Below are positions 11,534 to 21,079 of a stretch of 64,000 nt of DNA, piece after piece. The notes beneath the pieces are model-generated. The model was not told the origin of the DNA. It saw only the letters and a program-made list of their open reading frames with translations, and did no database searches. The DNA comes from Octopus sinensis (lineage: Eukaryota). Every line of letters begins with the position of its first letter. The first letter of the stretch is position 1. The translations under genes and the position numbers were made by a program. Where the stretch lies: contig NC_043004.1 of assembly GCF_006345805.1 (NCBI RefSeq), forward strand, positions 37,944,001 through 38,008,000, in the 5' to 3' direction.

Positions 11534-13552
11534 TCCCCACCACTGCCGCTTGACAACCGGTGTTGGTGTGTTTACATCTCCGGCAAATAAAACCGATTTA
11601 ATAAGTGGTTTACACTCATATTTACTTTTACTAATCTCTCTAGTACGTACTTCTTTTTAAGAAAATTGCACGGAATAATGTCTGCTAGATTAAATATTTA
11701 GGGAAATTACTAAATAAGGCAAATATTTACACACACACATGTATATATGTATGTGTGTGTAATGAAATTGGATTAATATTTGTGCACTTGAATAGAAAAA
11801 AATTAGAACGAAGAAATATGACGATTTCGATTTTAAATGAGTATTAACTTACCGTAGTTATGAGTTGAACATAAAGCTGAAGTACTAAAACAAAACATAT
11901 ATTTTGCTTGAAATTTAACAGAAAAATATTCATTAAAAAATTTATATTCAATAATTTAGACCTAAAAGAAATAAATTATGAAATTAGGATCTCAAAATAG
12001 CATCAGTTTCGAGGGTGTGTTGGAAAGTTCCTGTCTTTAAGAGTGTCGCGATTTCAATTTACTCGCTTTTAATACTCAATCAGTAGAAAGCACCAGGACC
12101 TGCTTCAAGCAAAGATTTGGACGGTGCTGTGTTCTGTTCGTTTATCTGTTTTTTTTTTAACGTAACGGTGTAGTTTAAGGAAGATTTTGCTACTATTTTG
12201 TAGCAGGCATAAGAAACCAGTAAAGGTTTCGTGTTTGCTATTCCTATGAGGACAAACAATTACAACTTTCGGTATATTCAGCAATCGAGGCTTCCATTTG
12301 CTAAAATTATGTAATTTTAAATACTTGTAAATATTTTATTATTAATTTCTAAACAAAAATTAATGTGATTTTCATTAGAACTGCATGTTTTGAAAACAAT
12401 CTGGGGTAAAGTTGAAGAACTTCAAGTGACTGGAAGAAAGTTAACAAGATCTGAGATATGCGGGGTCGGTTTATAGCTAGTTAAACAGAACCCCGTGTCA
12501 AGAGAGGGCCCTGGGTACATGCTTGAACAGAAGACACTATAACGAACTTTTAGTATATCAAGCCCTCAACGCTTTTTGGGTAGGACTGGCGTACAACGCG
12601 AGGCATAAAACGACAATCTTCAGCTTTTGTAGAATAAAGGGCTTCACTAACAGCTTTCTAATTGGGTCCCGCACTTCCTAGCACCAGCCCTGGAAATATG
12701 GTTTCTATTTGTAACATAATGAGTTGCTAGATCAATGGTTTAAAAGTAGTCTCTAGGGGTAGAAAGTCGCCGTGTCTTATTGTTTGCTAAGCCTGATCGG
12801 GAGAAATATTAATCTTGATATGGTGTTTTTTTTTTAATGTGTGGTTTTTTTAATAGCTTATCGAAGACGTAGCTGGGTATTTTTCTGGACTGAGTGAAAA
12901 GTGATAGTGTTCTTAAACCGACCACACCCTACTGTTAATACTATTTTGTTTTTTTTTATTGTTATTCAAATCGTTAATGTTATGTGGTTGTAATATGTTG
13001 CTGAAAATGACGATGCTGTTGTTGTAAGCAGTACGTGTTTCCCTCATTTCGTGATCTCTTTTCCTTTGTTGCCGATCTAAGAATTTCTACTTCAGTACAT
13101 TTAAGTATGTAAATGAATGTGTGTATGTGCATGTGTTTGTGTCTGTGCTTGCATGTGTTTTTTTTGTGTGTTTGTTTTGTCTGTGCGTTATCACTCATTT
13201 GTTACTTACTTAGGAGAAACCCGAACTGCTCAGTATCAGATTACAATAGCAAGCCAACGATGACACGGTGAAATCAAACCCTGCTCCGGTGACCACTTGT
13301 TATTCTTATTGCTTCTCTTATATTTCTTGCTCGCGTGTCATTTTTTTACCCTTTTTTTTTCTTTTACAAAAAAAAACACTTTGACCTTTGCACCTTTCTC
13401 GTCATTGGGTGAACTTACACATACAACAACAAAAACAACACGCGCACATATGCTTTACATGCGCGCACGCGCACACACACATGCACAAGCACACACAAAA
13501 AAATACTCATATACAGAGAAACGTGCGTGTATGTGCGTGTGTGTGTGCGCGT

Positions 13553-13905
13553 GCTCCCAACCACATAGTTCCGGGTTCAGTCCCATTGCACGGCTCCTTG
13601 AATAAGTGTCTTCTACTATAGCCCCGGGCCGACCAAAGCCTTGTGAGTGGATTTGGTAGACAGAAGCTGAAAATATATATATATCTATGTGTGCGTCCTT
13701 GTGTCTGTGTTTGTTTCCCGCCACCGCTTGACAACCGGTGGTGGTGTGCTTACGTCCCCGTAACTTAGCGGCTCGTAAAAACATACCGGTAGCAGCAGTA
13801 TTCGGCTTAGAAAAAAGTCCTGGATTCAATTTCTTCGATTAAAACCCTTCAAGACGGTGTCCCAGTATGGCCCCAATCAAATAACTGAAACAAGTAAAAG
13901 ATAAG
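13553..13905 (+). mobile_element. SINE family B copy
   Basis: B-box-like GGTTCAGTCCC, GACCAAAGCCTTGTGAGTGGATTTGGTAGAC, internal TA/TG tract, 3' end ACTGAAACAAGTAAAAG. Confidence 0.85.
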
Positions 13906-13923
13906 AGATACACCCACACACAT

Positions 13924-13954
<31 letters not shown>

Positions 13955-13964
13955 ATATATATAT

Positions 13965-13995
<31 letters not shown>

Positions 13996-14340
13996 ATTAA
14001 TAATATAGTGATCAGAAAGGGTGATCAGAAATATTAGAAATTTCCATTACCATTGGCCTAGCGTGTAAAAATTTAGTCAATAGACTATATATTATTCATA
14101 TAAATACAGTACATAACGTCAATTTGATGGAGAGAGCGAGTCAATATGCGGCACATACATTTGATCACTTTAAACAAATCATTTGTGCAGGCCGTTTGGC
14201 AAAAGCTGAACTCTCATGCGTTGTCTTCGACGGGAGAGTCAATTATACCTGTCGATGCCAAATGCAACAAAGCATACTACCTTGGTTAACTAGTCTGATC
14301 TTACTAGTTAGAACTAGGTAGTACTAACCTTACTAGTCAT

Positions 14341-14381
14341 CTTTACTGAAGAACTCTAATAAGACCGAAACATGTCCAGAG
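14341..14381 (+). ncRNA. Decayed minimal type I hammerhead-like motif
   Basis: CTGAAGA-ACTCTAATAAGACC-GAAA-CATG-TC with palindromic stem III ACATGT; stems I and II partly mismatched. Confidence 0.5.
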
Positions 14382-14797
14382 TTGTAGCAGAATTGCCAAG
14401 ATTAAACTCCAAATTGCATTATCTACAGTCTAGCTTTGATAAATTTTTATTAAATTAAATGAGTGAATTGTCAACCCAACACTATCTTTCTTGACCAGAA
14501 TCGATCATTTAGTTAAATGACTCTTAATTAATTAAAATTTCTAATTGCACTAATGCTAACACCGACTTTACTATTTCGTTTTGATGCAGTTCATGCTTTT
14601 ATATAATTCAATTTTGCATACCTTGATACTCTGTGGATTAAGATCCCCGTTTACAGGCCGCTGGTATTTATATAGTCTTAAACACTTTCGGTATGCAAAT
14701 TAGGGACTCCTTCATTGAGTAAGTTCTGCATTTGTTGAGTATATAAACAGTTTGGCTGATTGTTTCTCTGGAGACTGTCAGAATGAAGTGGATGCCT

Positions 14798-14836
14798 CTG
14801 ATGAGAAACCAATAAGGTTCGAAACTCGATTAAGAT
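14798..14836 (+). ncRNA. Decayed hammerhead-like motif
   Basis: CTGATGA-GAAACC-AATAA-GGTTC-GAAA-CTCGAT-TA; stem III is one change from the palindrome ACTCGAGT; stem I weak. Confidence 0.4.
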
Positions 14837-14909
14837 TGTTCGTATTTTTTTTTCAGTCTGCGGAGAAATGGCTAAAATTTGCCCTGTTTATAATCATACT
14901 ATGTTATAT

Positions 14910-14945
<36 letters not shown>

Positions 14946-15138
14946 GTATGTATTTATATATATGTGTGTGTGTATATGTATATATATATGTGTGTATATA
15001 TACGTATATGCATAATTATATATATGTATATACATATATACATACATATATATATAATTTTATGTATTGGCTTATGTTTTTCACTGTTTGATTTGCCTAA
15101 TAGTGGTTTTATCTCTAATTTAATATAATATAATATAT

Positions 15139-15179
<41 letters not shown>

Positions 15180-15809
15180 TTGTTTATATATGGAAAGATA
15201 GAAAGAAAGAAAATGAGGTAACTGTGATTGTGTGGCTAATGTATCCTTGTTTATTTATGACAGTAAACAGTAAATTTGAGGGTGATTTCATTGATGTTTC
15301 TAGACGATAGTGTGACAATATTGTCTTGTCAGTTCATGGTATAACTTGGTTGAACTACGTGCTACATGGTTCACATTGCTGTGTATCAAATTTTGATCGT
15401 CTCACCAGAGTTCCAGACGTGACACCACCCCCACTTGCTTTTCTGGCATATGACATCCAACACTTAATTACGCCGAAAACATATTTATTTTTAGATGATT
15501 GATTGGAATTTGAAAGACATTTGACTGTTACTTCCTGCAACTGGAACGATGAGAGAGGTGGGGAGAGCGTAGTAAACAAGCTAGAGTGTTACGAACATTG
15601 AGTGTTGTATTTACTTACATGTGCTATCTACATGAAAAGAAAAACATAGTTGAGTTTAGAATTAAATAATTTAATACAATACGCGTCAAAGAGTTAAGAA
15701 TAATAATTGTGGGGTGACGAAAACATTTTTAAAGTTCAATGACATAATTTCATTTCAAAATATAGTGTGTCTGCATAACAGTGGTCTATAATAAAACGAT
15801 AAACGTCGC

Positions 15810-16113
15810 CCCTTTCAAGCTTAGCCAGGCTCATGGGCCTGGTTTTCCGGTTTCTGTGGCGTATGTGTTCCTTCCAGCTGGACGGGACGCCAGTCCATCG
15901 CTGTGTTACTCAAGAAACAGGAAGAGAGAGTGAGAGAAAGTTGTGGCGAAAGAGTACAACAGAGGTCGCCACCACCCCCTGCCGGAGCCTCGTGGAGCTT
16001 TCTTAGGTGTTTTCGCTCAATAAACACACACTCAACGCCCGGTCTGGGAATCGAAACTGCGATGCTCAGACTGCGAGTGTGCTGCCCTAACCACTGGGCC
16101 ATTGCGTCTTCAC
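15810..16113 (-). mobile_element. SINE family D, alternative 3' tail
   Basis: Minus strand GAAGACGCAATGGCCCAGTGGTTAGGG...GTTTCGATTCCCAGACCGGG head as in 35922-36306, with tail GGCGTCCCGTCCAGCTGG...CCCATGAGCCTGGCTAAG. Confidence 0.85.
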
Positions 16114-18273
16114 GGACTATAATAACTCTTATAATTTAATCATTCATAGTCTAATATATATTCTGTAAGTTCCTGATAGCGTTGGGAATTATGTTGTTTT
16201 TTAGGCAGCATTAGGAAAGTTTATTTGGCATCCGATTTTAGCACGTTTCTCTGATAGCTTGATTAGTTCCCTAGCGGCTGCGAACTCGGCCTGGCCCAGG
16301 CATAGACATAGGGGAGTATTGTAGTTCGCTTGAAACATTGTGCATTATAGTTATTATAATCCATTGTTGTTATTATAGTGCATTGTTGTGCCATTCAAGA
16401 CACATTGTATTTTACAAACAATACACAATGATTCAAGCGAACTACAATACTCTTCTATTTCATTTCAGCTTGTATGGGAGACAACTCCGTATAATTTCGA
16501 TCTTATTAGACCTCCTCCGCGAAGAAGATATTTTGTTATACTTGTCAAAATAGTGATATGAAGTTGTCGGGTTGAACTGAAGATCGGTTACTAGTCTAGA
16601 AGTGTGAGTGCAGAGCCTTTTGAAAATGTTAGTAATTAAATAATAATAATAATAATTACATCAATTAAAATGTTTTCAAAACTCTGTGCTAAACAGACAT
16701 CAATCTTTACACAATAGGAAACCAAGTCACGAAGAACGCCACAAAAGTAATCAATCAGCTGTGTCACGATGATGTAGCCACCATGAAAAGAAACAGCAAC
16801 AACAACAAAGCCAAGTTGACACGTTCACTAGAAGACCAACTCATTTCAACTTCCATTCGTTTAACTTATTCATACGTTGTTTTCTTTCCCCTATAAAACA
16901 GCTGTTGCATTCGATAATGATACTTAAATACAAATAAAAGCAGCACAATAAAGTCACACAGAAATATAAAACGTGCATTTTGTCAACGGAGATTTTAAAG
17001 TAATCTTTATTTATATTTTTTAATCTGTTTTGCTGTGCTGAATATTAAGCACAATAAATCCAAATTTAGGTTAAGAACGTACTAACTGACCAGTGCGTTG
17101 TTACTAATATGTCTCGTTGGCTGGTAGGTAGTTCAGATCTGTAAAAGATTTGTTGAAATTGTTTCCAAATCGTTGGAAGATGTGGACATGTTAAAGGTCA
17201 GCGGGCGGCGAAGCTTCAAAATTTCGAAGTCAATGAAATTATTCACCATACATACATACACACATACACACATACATACATACATACAAACATACATACA
17301 TACATACATACATACACACATACACACATACATACACACATACATACACACATACATACATACATACATATATACATACATACACACATACATACATACA
17401 TACACACATATATACATACATACATACATACATACATACATACACACACACACATACATACATACATACATACATACATTCCTATATACATACATACAGA
17501 GAGAGGGAGAGAGAAAGAGAAAGAGAAACACACACACACACACACACACATATTGTACCTACCTGTATAGCATACTTCATGCATTTGGATGTAAAGAATC
17601 TCGTTATACAACAGTTACTGCAGTTTTCCCTCTGAGATAACATCTCTTGAGAACTTGCTGCATTTTTAACACAACGAATATCAGCCAGAGACGAAAATTC
17701 GTTACAGAACAGCCTTTGGGAACACCATATGCATTTCGGCCATTTTGGGTGTTTTCATTGACGCGTAATTTAAAGCCAGCCACATGCTCGGACGAGAATT
17801 CATTTTCTCTTACAAAGGAAACAAATGAATGGAGCATTTACTGATGTCGCGAATAGCCGCCCGTCTGAATAAAAACTTCGTGAACACAAGTGAGATAATA
17901 TTAAATAAAAATAGTTATCCATGTATTAAACGTAATGTATAAACACTGTCAATAGGCCAGTTACTGCAGTATGACTGGTTGCCAGTGCGGGCCGACCCTT
18001 TTTACACCCTAAAGAAAACTGTTGAAGTAATTCAAAAGACTTTTAGATATATTTTTTGTAAAGAATATTATTACGCACAAAAAGAGATGTAGTGAACAAT
18101 ATAATTTCGTGAACACCCACACATACACACATACATGCATATACACTCTCTACATATATATGCACACATATATATATAAATATACACACATACGCACATA
18201 TATATACATACTTATATAAATACAAACTCACACACACATATATACATACATAAATATATATATATGTATACGC

Positions 18274-18339
<66 letters not shown>

Positions 18340-18343
<4 letters not shown>

Positions 18344-18447
18344 ATTCACAAAATAAAAACAACAAAAGACGAAGACAGGTGGTGTAGACAACAAACATGC
18401 ATTAGTATAACGCTCGGGAAGTGAAAAAGTCTTTAATGTTTCGAGCT
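18340..18447. repeat. Dispersed repeat fragment, also at 20224-20330 (possibly a PLE terminal repeat)
   Basis: CAAAAGACGAAGACAGGTGGTGT..A.AACAAACA...TAGTATAACGCTC.GGAA is shared by both copies; both sit next to (TA)n tracts. Confidence 0.65.
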
Positions 18448-18674
18448 TAGAATGATACTAATAACCTGGAACTGGTGTTAGAACTCAATAAACGTATATT
18501 TCAGAGAAAAGCATTAGTCGAGTACACAACGTAAGGAGAAATTATATAAATGACAAGGGAACAAGAATTATGTGGTGAACTCCGTTAGCTTACAACTGTT
18601 TCTGTTATTAAAATACAATTCATCATAGTTGAGTGCTTGCATATCACCTCATAGTTTCATCAAAGCTTCAAACA

Positions 18675-19550
18675 TGTATGTCATTATTCAGTTTATTTCA
18701 AGATTTCTTGCCAAGGGAGAAAGAGCCGGTTTCTAACCTAGATCCAAGGCTCCTTTATTGGAATTTCAACATCAACAACAGAGTATTTTTGTTTGTTTGT
18801 ATGTATGTATGTAAATCTCGAGTTGCACATGAGAAAGTAAGGAGGGATGTCAGGAAGGGCATCGCTGTTACACTTCCAGAAGGGAAGGGTCTTCCTTTGA
18901 TTCTGACATGCAATGTCTGTGCAAGACCCTGCCTCAGTAAAGCTGGACTCATGAGTCATCTTCGTAGTCATAAAACGAGACAGATGAGTGACAACCTGGC
19001 CACTGGTGGTGGTGTAACACACCATACTAATCATATCTGTCGGGCATGTGGAAGAGAGTGTAATTCGGCAGAAGGACTTAAACAACATGCAAGGGTACAT
19101 GAAGCCCAGTTACAACTACTGCCGGCTATTACCGGTAAAGGCTTTAGTTGCCAATTTTGTACAAGACGTTGTAGATCTTTAGCTGGGCTAAAAAGTCACA
19201 TTCGATCACAGCACCAGTAACAGCTAAGCTTCGTGCAATGGCCATACTCAATAACGAGGGGGCAGCCATAATGTATGTATTTATGTATGTATGTATGTAT
19301 GAATGTATGTATGTGTGTATGTTTGTATGTGCAGATTTGTATGTTTTATGTCTGTATTCTTATGCACATAGTTGCATATCTAGACAAGCTCATATATATT
19401 TAAATGATAAACTTCTGGAAAGTTTTACAGATTTTTACAGTTCCAGTGATGGATTGGATCTGTAGTACTCCGAATTAGCTTTCTCCTTCCGGGTTTTGAG
19501 AAGCCTAATTTCTTAAGATTGGTATTTAAGCAGTGTGTTACATATCCCAG
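18675..19550 (-). mobile_element. RLE-type LINE 3' end (same family as 7985-8462) interrupted by an RTE insertion
   Basis: 18675-18810 and about 19300-19550 are collinear with 7985-8350. Confidence 0.8.
18813..19270 (+). mobile_element. RTE-like retroelement 3' end encoding three tandem C2H2 zinc fingers
   Basis: Open frame to TAA 19220 with CNVCARPCLSKAGLMSHLRSH, CRACGRECNSAEGLKQHARVH and CQFCTRRCRSLAGLKSHIRSQH; RTE-style tail GCCATACTCAATAACGAGGGGGCAGCC then (ATGT)n; inserted in a TATG tract. Confidence 0.7.
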
Positions 19551-19746
19551 GGCCCAATAATTACAGGTATAAACCTGAACTTTTAATCTGGATAGAGTAA
19601 CTGCAGATTTCTCAATAGTTCAGCATATGTGGTCTCTTTCCCCCTTATCTTCAGTGAATGTATGTATGCTTGCATGCGTGCTTGCATGTATGTATGTATG
19701 TATGTATGTATGTATGTATGTATGTATGTATGTATGTATGTATGTA

Positions 19747-19789
<43 letters not shown>

Positions 19790-19799
19790 GAATGTTTGC

Positions 19800-19872
19800 T
19801 TATATGATTTTTCGATTTTGATTTTTCCAGTTTCAGCTCATGAGCTGTGGCCATGCTGGGGCACCACCATTT
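19800..19872 (-). mobile_element. Isolated 3' tail of the CR1-like LINE
   Basis: Minus strand GGTGCCCCAGCATGGCCACAGCTCATGAGCTGAAACTGG matches the LINE end at 21080-21120. Confidence 0.75.
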
Positions 19873-19882
19873 GATTATATAT

Positions 19883-20012
19883 ATTGATTATACTTTTACA
19901 AAAAGAGTGGCGATACAGTTACTTAGAACTTTCGGCCTGTAGCCTTCATCGGATGAGCAGACCGAAACTTCGAAGTCACTGTCACCACGCTTCTTGTAAA
20001 AGTATAATGAAT
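19883..20012. repeat. Diverged inverted repeat of about 53 bp with back-to-back hammerhead-like halves
   Basis: Arms 19883-19935 and 19962-20012; plus strand GACC-GAAACTTCGAAGTC, minus strand CCGATGAA-GGCTACAGGCC-GAAA. Confidence 0.6.
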
Positions 20013-20179
20013 ATGTGCTCTACAAAATGCATTGAATAATTCTTCATTTTAAAATTGCTTTTATTTTAACTCGACATAAAACATTGATACGCATATACAT
20101 TCATACACACACACATACATATACACACACATATATATGTACGTAATATATATATATATTATATTATATATATATATAT

Positions 20180-20227
<48 letters not shown>

Positions 20228-20455
20228 AGAGTTTACGAAAAAAACAACAAAAGACGAAGACAGGTGGTGTGCAAAACAAACAGATGTATAGTATAACGCT
20301 CAGGAATAGAATAAGTGTTTTACGTTTCATGGCGCCATATATTTGTGTATATATATATATATATATAATATATATATATATATTATATATATATACCACA
20401 AATTAAATATTTCTTCAAATCTGCCACTACCTACCTACTGAGCCTTTACAAAAGT

Positions 20456-20498
<43 letters not shown>

Positions 20499-20627
20499 GA
20501 CAGACAGAGAGAGAAAGAGATACAGAGAAAAGGAAAATGTCCATTTAATTGAAAACTATGGAAATATAAAAAAAAAAAATTTCATTTAATTTTTACACAT
20601 ACATATCAACTCGTGTGTTACTTTTCA

Positions 20628-20698
<71 letters not shown>

Positions 20699-20710
20699 TA
20701 TATATCTCTT

Positions 20711-20910
20711 TTATTCTTTTATTCTTTTACTTGTTCAGTCATTTGACTGTGGCCATGCTGGAGCACCGCCTTTTAGTCCAACAGATCGACCTCAGGACTT
20801 ATTCTTTGTAAGACTAGTACTTATTCTGTCGGGCCTTTTGTCGAACCACTAAGTTACGGGGACGTAAACATACCAACATCGGTTGTCAAGCGATGGAGGG
20901 GGAAACACAC
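20711..20910 (-). mobile_element. SINE family B, 3' half
   Basis: CTTTTACTTGTTCAGTCATTTGACTGTGGCCATGCTGGAGCACCGCC is the reverse complement of the family B tail. Confidence 0.85.
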
Positions 20911-20918
20911 ACACACAC

Positions 20919-21043
<125 letters not shown>

Positions 21044-21045
21044 GT

Positions 21046-21046
<1 letters not shown>

Positions 21047-21079
<33 letters not shown>

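Larger units (their letters stand above)
9734..11606 (+). mobile_element. SINE family B copy split by microsatellite expansion and the 360-bp tandem array
   Basis: 5' half (9734-9900, tRNA-like head ...GGAAACTGAAAGAAGC) and 3' half (about 11510-11606, CGCTTGACAACCGGTGTTGGTGTGTTTAC) are collinear with intact copies such as 47821-48210. Confidence 0.8.

Noticed and set aside
18633-19220. 195-aa ORF as a host zinc-finger gene
   Set aside because: Its first 60 codons are the antisense 3'UTR of another LINE plus a microsatellite; only the part from about 18813 is coherent, and it has a retroelement-style tail.
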